DNA of 64,000 nucleotides from Eledone cirrhosa (Eukaryota): NCBI GenBank assembly GCA_964016885.1, contig OZ024750.1, positions 15,748,001 to 15,812,000 of the forward strand, read 5' to 3'. Shown piece by piece: positions 44,883 to 59,133 of this stretch (position 1 is its first letter; each line of letters starts with the position of its first letter). The notes under the pieces were generated by a model. It saw only the letters and a program-made list of their open reading frames with translations, ran no database searches and was not told where the DNA came from. The position numbers and the translations under genes were made by a program.

Positions 44883-44891
44883 CATACATAC

Positions 44892-45338
44892 ATGGTGGCT
44901 GCCAACTCGTTTTCGAGTACGGCCACTACTTTATAACCTTGTAGGAGAACCCCTACCGATGCGCTGAACGAGTGTGACTTTTTAGTCCAGCCAGCGACTT
45001 GAAAACTCTGGTACAAACACTACACTTGTGACAATTATTGACACATAGTGCTGGGCCCTTGGTACTATGTGACGACAAGTGCAGAGAGATCTCCAGATAT
45101 AAAACAATGCCTGTTCCGTGAAGCTTTTATAGTGAGCAAAGGCACTGCACAAAGCCAGTCCCACTCTCTTAACCAAGATGATATTTGCCAAAAAGAAGAA
45201 CAAGTCAACATCATTGGATACCATCAGGGTTGCAGGTGTTATATCAGAGTTTTCCTTCTCCTAGAATTCTGCCTTAACAAAGGCTAAGGGGTCATCTCTC
45301 CCGGTGATTTTGGATGGCCATTGACTCTTAAGAGCTCC

Positions 45339-45340
<2 letters not shown>
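44892..45340 (-). mobile_element. Bipartite non-autonomous RTE derivative
   Basis: Same 5'UTR/3'end junction (ctgcacttgtc|gtcacat) as 24745-25291. Confidence 0.9.
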
Positions 45341-45370
<30 letters not shown>

Positions 45371-45376
45371 CATACA

Positions 45377-45459
<83 letters not shown>

Positions 45460-45606
45460 GTTAAAATACTGGAGCGTATTGGAGTTAAACACCCTCTTCG
45501 TATTATAGAAATGACAGTAAAAGGTATAGCTCAATGTAGTTAAACAGAGCCGAAGAATTAAGAAAGTAAAACAAAGAAGCCTTCAATACATCAAAAGTCT
45601 TTATTA

Positions 45607-45644
45607 GCCGACAATGTTTCGTCCTATTAAGGACTCATCAGGGC
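45607..45644 (-). ncRNA. Type I hammerhead ribozyme (element 45455-45692)
   Basis: gcc-CTGATGA-gtcct-taat-aggac-GAAA-c-att-GTC-ggc. Confidence 0.9.
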
Positions 45645-45690
45645 AATTAAAACAACAAGAAGTATTATCGGCCAATACAAGCCGGAAACT

Positions 45691-45781
<91 letters not shown>

Positions 45782-45978
45782 TATATAAATTCAGCGAGAA
45801 TCGTATTTCGGCTGGTAGAAGAAGCGAAACGAAACGCAAAATCGTAGAAATGCTGGCAAGCGCTCAATAGTCAAGAAAACTAGAGCTAAACAATATGTTA
45901 AAACGCCATACAAACTGAAAAGTGGTCAAGAAGGCATTAACCACCTAGGCCAAAAAACAAATCATGCTAAACAGGTCA

Positions 45979-46017
<39 letters not shown>

Positions 46018-46233
46018 AGGGTGTTAAAGTTTGCTTGTTGGAACTTTCCCCGTTGATGGGCGTGAGCCCGAAATATTGGGATTAAATCTCCACTACGGTA
46101 ACCCTTCTACCTTTGTTTTGTTTTCATCTTTGTCTCTCTCAATTTTCACTTTCTCCTGTTTCTCCTATTTATCATTCACTTCCTACCTCGAGATTTCCCT
46201 CTGCATTGTTGTGGCTTTCTTAACTACGTATTT

Positions 46234-46368
<135 letters not shown>

Positions 46369-46448
46369 GTGTGTGTAAAGGGGCTCATTCTACTGACATG
46401 GCTTTAAAAATGAGGCTTGTTTGCATCGAATCGAAAAACTCAGATTAC

Positions 46449-46521
<73 letters not shown>

Positions 46522-46570
46522 AAGATTGAAGAATAACATGGTCGGCTGTACAACAAGGGGCTTTATTTCA

Positions 46571-46692
46571 AGTATTAACAATTGTTTCATTTGATCAGGG
46601 GAGTCTAAAGACCGCTAATCACTCGAAGTTGCGTCGTTGCGTCACTCGACCTTAAATACAGTGTTTACCTCCGATCAAATCATCAGAATACT
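46571..46692 (-). ncRNA. Hammerhead ribozyme with 91-nt stem II domain
   Basis: agtatt-CTGATGA-tttgatcgg...ctgatcaaat-GAAA-c-aatt-GTT-aatact. Confidence 0.8.
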
Positions 46693-47298
46693 AGAGAACT
46701 CATATATGGCAATGATATATATAGATATAACGTAGAATCAAAACAATAACATCAATAATCAAATACAATGATAAAGAGGTAAAGAAGTTACAGATGTAAA
46801 AAGTAAAAAAAAATAAAGAAATAAAAAATAAGTAAAAAAATATATAAGTGCAGAATACGATGGTTGATAATAGTGGTGGTGGTGGTGAGCATAAGGATGT
46901 GGGGTGGAGGTAGTACTAACATGAAAAGCAACATTATATATATACATACGTGGTGGTCAAAGGGTTAGAAGTAGAGAATAAAAGGTAGTATCAAATGACA
47001 GAAAAGATAAAAAACAATAAATTAAAAATTGAGAGATACGAGGATGAGACATAAGGGTTAAGGATGGACGGGGTATGGGGGATTTTGATATGTGTGTGTG
47101 GTAAATATTTAGCCTGCTGATTGTCTTATCTTAATGGGGGTTGGTGTGGCTTTAGGGAGAGAGAGTGAAAGAAAGATTAGGAGATTTATGATCTATTGAT
47201 CAGTCGGTTAGTTGACAGCTAATAACAGTGTGGTGGTATGTATTCAGTACGTTAAAATCCGGGTGGTTCAGCTCGAATTTTGGGATTGCTGGATCGAA

Positions 47299-47602
47299 TC
47301 ATGGTGGTTTGAAGTTTGTGAATTTGGTAGCTGCTTTGTGCCTACAGAAAATTGATCTTTCTATTTTGCTGTTAAGCAGCATCTGACCGTACTTTAAAAT
47401 ATGGAATAGCTCCATATTGCAAAGTCCGCAGTGGGACATTCTATTGTTGTAGGCCCTTGCTCCCGATAAATTTGACCAGCTAATCCCATATTCCTAGTTT
47501 GTGTTCTTAAGCTGCCAGATTTTATTGGCCAGCGTTGTAGAGTTCTCTAGTTTACGGTTCTTTATAGAGTGTCTGTGAACATACCAACTTTTTTTTAACT
47601 CC

Positions 47603-47604
<2 letters not shown>
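47299..47604 (-). pseudogene. PLE GIY-YIG endonuclease C-terminal region
   Basis: [30 protein letters not shown]...ISWS...ARAYNN...CGLCNME..HI....LLN...E....CRH; one in-frame stop. Confidence 0.85.
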
Positions 47605-47664
<60 letters not shown>

Positions 47665-47691
47665 ATTTATATATATATATGTATGTATATT

Positions 47692-47831
<140 letters not shown>

Positions 47832-48362
47832 TCTGTGTGCGTGTATCGTATCATGTTTCTGATACTGTTTAGACTGCGATCCTCGTTAGAAGGTAGTTGG
47901 TACGGAGATTTTTTTTATGTGCTTTTAATTTTAGTTTTTGATCAAACGAATCGATCGACAAGATCCTAGACCTCATTCTAGTACCGAATGCGGTGGAACT
48001 CGTTAAATCGAACCAAGGAAATAACATTTCCATTGATAACCTCCATTTCTAATACTATCTACCTGTCACAACTCCTGGCAGAGAATTTTAGTTTTAGTTT
48101 GGTTTAAGTAGGTAATTTTATTTCAGGGGCGGTGGAAGCATTTCTGAATTGGGGAGGGGATGGGGCCACATTTGGTCAATTTGCTTGTAGGGATAAATTT
48201 AGCCCTTTGCAATCTTAAATGGTCAGAAAACTTCGATATCCGATAAACATAATGCGGGCGACACATTTAATTGTTACTTATAATTATCAACTATTACTTA
48301 TAGTTGTCTGCATTGTGGCTAACTGGCTCACACATACACACACGCACACACACACACACACG

Positions 48363-48443
<81 letters not shown>

Positions 48444-48538
48444 TCATACATATATATATACATACATACATAATACATACATACATACATACATACATAC
48501 ATACATACATACATACATACATACATACATACATACAT

Positions 48539-48569
<31 letters not shown>

Positions 48570-48573
48570 ATTG

Positions 48574-48643
48574 TTTTATCTGACGACCGAGCTAGACGTT
48601 TCTGTAAGAATCATCTAGTTTCTCGAAACCTTCGGTAATGGAA
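48574..48643 (+). ncRNA. Hammerhead ribozyme
   Basis: ttttat-CTGACGA-ccgagctaga...tctagtttctc-GAAA-cc-ttc-gGTA-atggaa. Confidence 0.65.
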
Positions 48644-49164
48644 TAATTATATTGTATTGTTTATTATGTTATTAAATAGCTCTCTAGAATACATAGAACA
48701 CTCTTCTCTCCTTTAACTCTTCTACGGAAATACTTAAAACATATATGTGCGTGTGTGTGTGTGTGTCTTTGTTTTCTGTGATTTTTTTTTTCAGTCACAG
48801 CAATATTCCATAATTATTGAACGAGGGGCAGCAATCCATGCAAATTTCTAAACGAAGACATATGCTAGATAGGACGGTATAAGATAAAATGGATAATAAA
48901 CCACTGCACGAAATTATTTTTTGCTTGGGTAAAATAATCTATTGTTCTCAAAATCATAGGAAAGGGCTATTGTACAATATCATTCAATGAAAGGGGCAAC
49001 TGAGCAACAAAAAGGATATAAAATAGTCTAAACAGACGAACCGATTTTGTAATGTAAGGGAAATAACTGCTTTTGTCAAGAAAGATAACTGCTGCTAAAC
49101 CTGTTGAAAGCTTGTCACTGATTATCTTCATTAATAAAAACGATAATTATTATTTATAATATTT

Positions 49165-49356
49165 GGCGGTGGATTGGCAGTATCGGTAGAGGGTCGGACA
49201 CCATGCTTTGACGCATAGAGTTACGGCCCTTGCCATTCTTAGTTCAAATTCCGTCGAGGTTAACTTTGCCTTACGTCCTTACGGGATCGATAAAATAAAG
49301 TACCAGTAATACACTGGGGTAATAGCTGGCCTTGTGCCAAAAGTAGAAACAATTAT
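49165..49356 (+). mobile_element. SINE
   Basis: Family consensus. Confidence 0.9.
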
Positions 49357-49506
49357 TTATAATACCTCAAGGGTCCTCCTCCACAGGCTGGATACACCCC
49401 TCCCAATTTGGTAGAGGAAAACGGAATTTCGGGGACCGAGGATGCCAGAGGTCTTGACGGCACGAAAAGGAAGCGGTTGTGAAAAGTTCAAATATTATCA
49501 ATTAAA

Positions 49507-49882
49507 AGGGCGGTGGATTGGCAGTATCGGTAGAGGGTCGGACGGCCATGCTTTGCATTATAGAGTTATGCCCCTTTATGATCTGAGTTCAAATCCCGCC
49601 GAGGTTAATTTTGCCTTTCATCGTTACGCGGTCGGCAAAATAAAGTACCAGTCACACACTCAGACTCGTCTTGCGACGCATGAGGCAATCATAGTGTTCC
49701 ATCGCCTTCGGTCAGCAGCCAGTTGCACAGCGTCCCGCCATTGTCTGTTTGTCGCTCGTAGCTCCCTCTCAACTGTCTGGCGCCAGTTCGTATTGGGTCG
49801 CCCTCTCCATCTGCTTCCCGATTTAATCGACTTTCGCCTCCTCCAAAATTGCTGGCCTTGTGCTTATATAAAAAACCATAAT
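49507..49882 (+). mobile_element. SINE interrupted by an antisense RTE 3' fragment (49660-49820)
   Basis: Insert encodes RWRGRPNTNWRQTVERELR....W.DAVQLAADRRRW on minus. Confidence 0.8.
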
Positions 49883-50107
49883 TAGAAACGATTAATAAAT
49901 TCAAACAATATGATTTAGTTTCATTGTTTAATTCACCAAATGTCGGGATACATGTTTAAGTTGATACATGTTTAGGTTGATACATGTTTAGGTTGATACA
50001 TGTTTAGGTTGATTCAAGCTGGAATAATCTGAAAAAGAACAAGAATATATCCTATTAGACTTCCCAGATTCCCCCCCACCCTCTCTCTCTCGCTTGCACG
50101 CACGCAC

Positions 50108-50155
<48 letters not shown>

Positions 50156-50551
50156 GCGCGCGCGCTCAAACAAGTGTTTGTCGTACCATCCTCAGAGCCA
50201 GAAAACCGTGCAGATACCCAAAACGAATAAGGTGACAGACAGTGGAGCACTGTTGTTACATCTAGATGACACTACAGGTTCACACAAGAGCACCCAACCC
50301 TAACATCAAAAGAGAGGCAATTAGAGTAGTTGACGTCATGTCGCTTACAATCTCATAGACGTGCTCTGTGGTGTGCTCATAGGCGTGCTAGAAGAAGAAA
50401 GTAAAGTTCAGTTCAGTTCAGGAGATTTTCGAACCCAGAACAAATACTGTTAAACATTTGTCTGACGACACCAAAGAACTCTGCCATTCCATGACCCTCT
50501 CTAAATAAATGAAAGTAATAAAGTGAGTATCGTGTGTATCATGCTGCTTAC

Positions 50552-50792
50552 CATATTTTGGAAGATCTGGTTTAGTATTAGCAGACATTTCTATAGAACG
50601 TCCGTATCTCATTTCGAATATTCTCGTGGTTTTATACCGCTTACCATATTTTGGAGGATCTGGTTTAGCAGACATTTCTATAGAACGTCCGTATCTCGTT
50701 CCGAATATTTTCGTAGTTTTATACTTTACAGAAGTGGTTTCAATCGCTGTAATAATAAGAACCATAGAAATGAGAACACCGGTTTTAAACAT
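50552..50792 (-). CDS. Coding exon of a secreted prepropeptide with amidated RY/KY peptides
   Basis: Signal-like MFKTGVLISMVLIITAIETTS, then YKTTKIFGTRY-GR, SIEMSAKPDPPKY-GKR, YKTTRIFEMRY-GR, SIEMSANTKPDLPKY-G; upstream acceptor ttttatag (AG 50821-50820); donor G|gtaagc at 50551. Confidence 0.75.
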
Positions 50793-51418
50793 GTTGAAGG
50801 TGAAGAGAAATATATGAATCTATAAAATAATATTATGGATCTTTTGATTTTATATCAACAAATTCTTTCTTTTTTTTTAAAATCTATGAGAGAAAAGTCA
50901 TGTGTAGAGTGAATAGTAGAAATTTGTTAATTATTCTTTCTTTCCAAACCCTCTTGTAGCAGATGACAGTGTACCCATATCAACAATGCACAGACCGTAA
51001 GCAAACCACATGTTCATTTATAGTATATTTCCTTCTACTAATTATATTATAATAATATTTATCAGCGTTTTATTTTCAGTCAAATCTCTTTAAAGTACGT
51101 TTTCCGCCATTGTTCATGCATTGTATTTACATCAATTCATGGACAATCTTTAACGGGACAAACTTTATTCTTTATGCGAGTGAAATATGAAACTGAGGTT
51201 TTATATTCCCACGGGGACATATCACTCTAAAATAACAACTAAATAATAATTTCATTTAGTTTTAATCCTTTCCATAAATATAGATATTCGTTTGGAAAAT
51301 TCTGACAAAAACAAATCTTCGTGTGTATGTGTGAGTGTGTATATATATATGTGTGTGTATATATATATGTGTGTGTGTGTGAGTGTGTATGAGACAAATC
51401 CCAACAGAAACACACACA

Positions 51419-51526
<108 letters not shown>

Positions 51527-51615
51527 GTAACATAAGGCCGGACTGGAATACTAATTTTACAATTTTAATTCCACGAAAGCACTATTCATATTTCGATGGT
51601 CCACCCCTTTAATTT

Positions 51616-51683
<68 letters not shown>

Positions 51684-51694
51684 TTATACTTTTT

Positions 51695-52031
51695 AGGGCA
51701 GATGCATAGCGCACGAGAATATCAAACGGGATGCGAGTAAGCAATGCCCTGGTGTATCTCTTGAAACGATCAGTGTCTCCATTGAATTAAAGTGCCCTGA
51801 GTGTGGAAAAATTTGCTTGAGCAAATCTGACCTCAATAGCCACAGTCGCAAAGAAAACCAGTGAACTATGATGTCCACGGTATTGTGGGGGTTCACAGAC
51901 AATTTGATGCAAGACCTGGGGCCAGGTAGATCCATAGATGTCGTCAATGTACGAATGAGTGCAAGTCTCTAGCAGCTTGAAAAGCTATATCCGAGCACAT
52001 TTGAATCTGACAAGCGATTGCAGAGTTTGCA

Positions 52032-52040
<9 letters not shown>
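51695..52040 (+). pseudogene. Decayed RTE 3' end with Zn fingers
   Basis: CPECGKICLSKSDLNSH; ends gagtttgcagccatca(ta)n like the element at 59063. Confidence 0.7.
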
Positions 52041-52852
<812 letters not shown>

Positions 52853-52869
52853 ATACATATATATATATA

Positions 52870-54105
52870 TATATATATTTACGTACGTATAGCACGGAGT
52901 GCATGTGTATAAACACACACGTACCGTGTTATATTTTAACGGTATTGTATTAGCTCAATGTACGAGAACAGAGCCGTTATATGTAAAAGAAACCAAAGAA
53001 CGCTTACATACTCAAACACTTTTTATTTGCTTACAATGTTTCATCCATACCGGTGGGTAGGGATCATCAGAGCTTAATAAACACAGTGCCGAGTATAAGC
53101 TCTACCAAGCTTAGTCACACGAACAATCGGAGTACAATAGAGGGTAGAGATAGGGAGATCGGAGAGGGTGATTAAGGAGAGAGTACATGCTGGGGTTGTT
53201 AAGCACCACAGCTAAATGCTAGGGCACAAGCAGATCTCACAAGATGCAGATACAATTGATGGTACACAAAATCAAAAAATACAAACTATGGTTAAAACAT
53301 AATAAAAAAGTAAAAGGAAGATAATATAAAGAGATAAAAAGTGAATGAAAAGGTAAAAGATTTTTTTTTATTTTAAAAGGAAAGAAGTGAAAAAAGAAAA
53401 AAGAAAAAAGAAAAAGAAAAAAGAAAAAAGAAAAAGAAAAAAGAAAAAAAAAGAAAGAGATTTAAGCACATAAAAAAGCCAGAGGAATTTAAGCGCTGGT
53501 CCCTATATAAGTGAATAGGATCTCAGTAACTTATAGTTATATAAGCACTAATATGTTCTTAAGGTACATCCAGAAAGACCACAGTAATTAAAATCCCCTC
53601 CATGGTATACATATACAAGGTATACTGGTAGGTACTTGAATTACGTAGCCCAAGGGTGTTCCACAAGCATATAGATAGGCAACACATAAATGCAAGCTAT
53701 ACATAAACGAAATGGGGCTATTACAGGATAGAGCAGAGTATAACAAGTATATAGACAGGCACCACAAATAAAGCAAGCTATAAACAAGCAAAGCGGGGTT
53801 ACTATAAGATAGAGCTGCAGCAAAAGCCCCACAAAATTATTTCAGTTACTGTAAAACCAACTGGCAAAGAGTTACTACACATGTATATTAACTGTATAGG
53901 CTAGACCAATCGGCCACATATGTCCCGATTGTCTAGGGGTTATATAGAAATAGGATTGCCATTAGATAACCAATCAGTCCAAATTATACAACATATGTAG
54001 ATCGTTCAAAAGTAAAAATAGTTGGATTTAGCATTGTGTTTATTAAGCTCTGATGATTCCTACCCAACGGTATGGATGAAACATTGTAAGCAAATAAAAA
54101 CTTTT
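52870..54105. mobile_element. PLE-like element with inverted hammerhead-bearing repeats ~940 bp apart
   Basis: 53020-53089 inverted with 54031-54100. Confidence 0.75.
54047..54091 (+). ncRNA. Hammerhead ribozyme (inverted copy 53029-53073 on minus)
   Basis: gct-CTGATGA-ttcctacccaacggtatggat-GAAA-c-att-GTA-agc. Confidence 0.75.
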
Positions 54106-54311
54106 ACATATATATATATATCAACTGTAATTAAAATCGAGTGACGTAGCATCTTACGAACAGCGATTTTAAAACACTCCTGACTAATTAACAATTGTTA
54201 ATACTTTGAATAAACCCTATTGTACAGCCGATCACGTTATTCTCTCATTAACACTCAGTGTGTGTGTCTGTATGTGTGTGCGTTCGCGCGTCTATGTGTG
54301 TGTGTATGTGC

Positions 54312-54392
<81 letters not shown>

Positions 54393-54536
54393 CTATTTTG
54401 AAAATTTGGACTGTGCACAACAATTATAATTGAGTGGCTGCTATTTGCAGTATAGCAATATAAGGTTGCACTTACCAATGAAACGGTCGTAAATATCTGG
54501 ATAAAATCCTTCTCTTAATGCTTACCTGTGTTTTCT

Positions 54537-54652
<116 letters not shown>

Positions 54653-54733
54653 GGTAAACAGAAATAACAACACAATCGGAACAGTATATGGCAGGGATAT
54701 ATTAAGTTAACGCTTGATATAGCAGGAAGAGGG

Positions 54734-54769
54734 TCTTAACGTTTCGGACGCTTGTCCTTCATCAGAAGA
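54734..54769 (-). ncRNA. Minimal hammerhead, family F
   Basis: tctt-CTGATGA-aggacaagcgtcc-GAAA-c-GTT-aaga. Confidence 0.75.
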
Positions 54770-54851
54770 AAGAATGAGAAATAAGATAGATTGAGGGGAC
54801 GGGTGGGTTGGAATTGAAAAAATGTCTTTGAGATAAAAATAACAGGTCCAT

Positions 54852-54893
<42 letters not shown>

Positions 54894-55009
54894 TATACAT
54901 ATATATATGTATATATATATATATATATACATAGAAATAGGAGGCAGGACACCGACGGCTGAGGTCCGGTCGATTCGACATATGTATATACGTATATATA
55001 TATATATAC

Positions 55010-55117
<108 letters not shown>

Positions 55118-55126
55118 CATACATAC

Positions 55127-55246
<120 letters not shown>

Positions 55247-55329
55247 AAGTATGACCCCACTATACTACCCTAAGTATTGAGTACTCTGGTGCTTTATGGT
55301 CCATCTGGTTCCTTACCACAGCTCCTTCG

Positions 55330-55422
<93 letters not shown>

Positions 55423-55424
<2 letters not shown>

Positions 55425-55658
55425 AATGATATATATACACACACACACACACAAACACATATATGCATGCCTATATATTTGTGTATTTCTAAATACGCAT
55501 ATATACGCAAATGTTAAGACTTTAAGTGTATACCCATTTATTTAAAAATACCTTTCCGCTTCCCTGCGTGAAGATAAAATCTTAAGTATACTAACAATGA
55601 ATTTGTCTGACTTTACTAAGAGCATGAGACCTTTCTACGTGTGTATATGCTTATATAT
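55423..55658 (+). repeat. Left copy of the ~235-bp direct repeat flanking the RTE (right copy ~59129-59357)
   Basis: Near-identical unique sequence on both sides of the element. Confidence 0.9.
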
Positions 55659-55662
55659 TTGT

Positions 55663-58600
55663 GTCAGGTCACCAGTTGGTGCTACTGGTAACATGTATAC
55701 CAGTACAACCTATCTCATGGTCGAGTCGTTGGCGACTAAACTGGCAACCCCACCAAGGTTTCTTGGTGAGGAGGGTGACTTTGGACATCCTGCAGGACTA
55801 AAAACAAAACCTGTCAAAGGGCAAAGGAGCTCTTAAGAGTCAATGGCCATCCAAAATCACCGGGAGAGATGACCCCTTAGCCTTCGTCAAGGCAGAATTC
55901 TAGGAGAAGGAAAACTCTGATATAACACCTGCAACTCTGATGGTATCCAATGATGTTGACTTGTTCTTCTTTTTGGTAAATATCATCTTGCAGTGCCTTT
56001 GCTCACTATAAAAGCTTCACGGCACATGTATTGCTTTATATCTGGAGATCTCTCTGCATTTGTCATCTTGATGTGGAACTCTGGCTGGCCGTAGCCTAAA
56101 AAGGCAAACTACATTACAATGAAGGTACCTAACACAATTGAAGTAAATGGCAATAAGGGCTCTGGATCAGCATCATGTGAAAGGGTCTGGCCCGGCAGGT
56201 GTCCCAGGGCGCCGTAGTCTGGGCCGGTCGTCATCGGTCTACTGTGTGCAAACCATTCAATTTTGGGTGGCACCTGATTGATTATGTCCTTGTGAGGCGG
56301 CGTGATGTACAGGATCTGTGCAGTGTTCGTGTGATGCGTGGGGCAGAGTGTTGGACCGAGCATCGTCTGGTGAGAACAAGAGCAAGATGTGTAGTTCGTA
56401 AAAGGGAGAAACGGCGAGGGGTATCACTTCCGAAACGGCTGAACGTTGCCCGTCTGAAGGATCCTGAAGTCAGAGAAAATCTGGTTTAAAAAATGGATGC
56501 GTTAGAGTGCGGAAATGACTGGACTTCCTTTAAGGAGGCAGTTTATGGGGCATGTGCTGATGTTGTTGGATTCACAGATAAGAAGCATCAGAATTGGTTT
56601 GACCAAAATGACAAGCTTATAGACAAGCTTTTGGATGGGAAACATATGCTCCACTCCGCATTGCTTGGTAGTGATTTAAGCACCGATCGGCAGAAGACAA
56701 TCGCTGATAAGCTGAAGCTCGTAAAAGCTGATGTGCAACGAAAATTGCGTGAAATGAAGAATAAGTGGTGGAATGACAAAGCCGATGAAATACAACTTGC
56801 GTCGGATGTGAAGGACGTTAAGGCAATGTATAATCTTCTTCGTGAAGTGTATGGGCCACCTATATCACCAGTTGCGCCTCTTAGGACAAAGGATGGCAAT
56901 CAGCTCCTTAGAGATGCCAATGATATCCTGTTGAGATGGCGGGAACACTTTGACGAGCTTCTCAATAGGGATTCAGAGGTTGACGAAGAGTTTATCAGGT
57001 CCATACATGATAAGCCAGTAAAGGAAATCCTTGCTGAGCCTCCAACGACCGTGCTGTCTGGAAACTCAATGGTGGGAAGTCGCCTGGAGTGGATGGGCTG
57101 TATGCTGAAATCTTGAAGCACGGTGGAGAGAATCTCTTGCATCGACTTCCTTCTTTGGTTCTGGATGCCTGGAACAACAATCCTTGTTCCCGATGACTGG
57201 AAGGATGCTGTGATGGTTGTTTTGTGCAAGGGGAGGGGAGACAGGGATGACTGCGGAAACTATCGTGGGATATCACTGTTGTCTGTTGTCGGCAAAGTTC
57301 TCTGTAGAATTCTGTTGGACCGTCTATTGCTCCACATTGCTGATGAAGCTCTACCAGAGTCGCAATCGGGCTTTCGGGCTGGGCGTGGCACTGTGGACAT
57401 GATCTTTACAGCCAGACAACTGCAGGAAAAGTGTGTTGAGCAGAATGTGGATCTCTACCAGGTGTTTGTTGATCTGACAAAGGCGTTTGACACGGTCAAC
57501 AGAAAGGCTTTATGGGATATCTTGAGGAAGCTGGGGTGCCCTGAGAAGTTTGTTTCCATTTTGCGTTTGTTTCATGATGACATGAAGGCATGGGTAAATG
57601 TTGGTGGAAAGCACTCTGAGCCGGTGACGGTCGATAATGGAGTCAAACAGGGTGACATTCCAGCTCCAACGCTCTTTGCTTTGTACTTCTCCATTGTCTT
57701 CGAACAGGCCTTCGGGAACTGCAATCATGGTATATATGTTCGCTATCGATCAACTGTAAAGCTGTTTAATATCAGGAGGTTCAATGCTAAGTCAAAGGTT
57801 CACTTGTCACTAATCAGGGATTTGCTTTATGCAGATGACTGTGATCTGGTAGCGCACACTGAGATTGATATGCAGCATCTCATGGATGCATTTTCTAATG
57901 CGTGTACTGCATTGGGACTTACCATAAGCCTGAAAAAGACAGTAGCCATGTACCAACCAGCCCCTGGGAAGCCATGTTGTGAGCCCAACATCTTGGTTTA
58001 TGGTGAACGGCTAAGGGTCGTTGGCAGTTTTGTATATCTTGGAAGGACTCTGAGTGTGTCCTGCGATCTTGATGGGGAAATATCAAACAGGATACAGAAA
58101 GCCAGTGATGCTTTTGGAAAACTGAACAAGCGTCTCTGGTCTCAACACGGAATTTCGGTAAAGACAAAGCTCAAAGTGTATCATGCGTGTGTGCTCGCGG
58201 CACTTCTTTATGCTTGAGACGTGGGTGGTCTACCGTAGACAGATGAAGCGACTTGAGAGGTTCCACCAGTACTGCTTACGTCAGATCCTCGGCATAACTT
58301 GGAAAATGTTTGTCAGTGACGTCGAGGTTCTGGACAGAAGTGGCTGTGATAGTGTCGAGTCCTTGATTTTGAAATATCAGCTGCGCTGGACAGGCCATCT
58401 TGTAAGGATGAATGACAAGCGAATGCCGAAGCAGCTGCTTTATGGCGAGCTCCAAATGGGAAAAAGGAACGCGAGCAAACCCAAGATGCGTTTTAAGGAC
58501 TGCACCAAGGGGGCGCTCAAGAAAAGTAACATCCCTTGTGAGCAATGGGAAGTATGCGCTAGCGACCGATCGCATTGGAGGAAATCAGTGGCTACTGGCA

Positions 58601-59061
58601 AGAGTCTATTTGAGGAAACAAGAAGAAGGCACGCGACACTAAAAAGAGATGTCCGGAAAGGAATCCATGTTGGCCTTCCCGAAGGCACTGACTGACGGCC
58701 TGACCTGACATGCGAGACCTGTAATAGGGTTTATCTGAGCATGGCAGGTCTAAAGAGTCACCTGAGAGTGCACAAGAACAGGGAAGCAGGCACCTGTGGA
58801 GCTATAAGTGTTCATCAGACGACGACATGTAATGTTTGTGGAAGGGTATGCAGGTCGAGTAGTGATCTCACACGACACCTTGGGTCACATGGTGCCATGG
58901 GCCCAGCACTAGGTGTCAATAATTGTCACAAGTGTCGTGTTTGTACCAGAGTTTTCAAGTCGCTGGCTGGACTAAAAAGCCACACTCGTTCAGCGCATCG
59001 GTAGGGGTTCTCCTACATGGATATAAAGTAGTGGCCGTACTCGAAAACGAGTTGGCAGCCA

Positions 59062-59063
<2 letters not shown>
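55663..59063 (+). mobile_element. RTE-clade LINE, both ends present, internally deleted and frameshifted
   Basis: 5'UTR, APE end (WHLIDY...TEHRLV), RT, 3' terminus gttggcagccacca(ta)n. Confidence 0.95.
56119..59004 (+). pseudogene. RTE ORF remnant: APE C-terminus, reverse transcriptase, three C2H2 fingers
   Basis: NYRGISLLS, QSGFR, FVDLTKAFDTV, GVKQGD, LYADD, FVYLG, LRWTGHLVRM; CxxC..HxxxH x3. Confidence 0.95.

Positions 59064-59133
<70 letters not shown>

Larger units (their letters stand above)
46517..47604 (-). mobile_element. 5'-truncated Penelope-like element (ORF end, 3'UTR, hammerhead) in (TA)n
   Basis: See the nested ORF and hammerhead features; (TA)n at both ends. Confidence 0.85.

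Noticed and set aside
46046-46082. ttccc-cgttgat-gggc/gccc-GAAA-tatt-ggga hammerhead-like motif
   Set aside because: 5' core does not match CUGANGA; probably decayed, not counted
55663-55800. Twister or HDV-like ribozyme call for the RTE leader
   Set aside because: Lacks the twister CCGGUCCCAAGCCCGG-type core, and I could not place the HDV P1/P1.1 pairings
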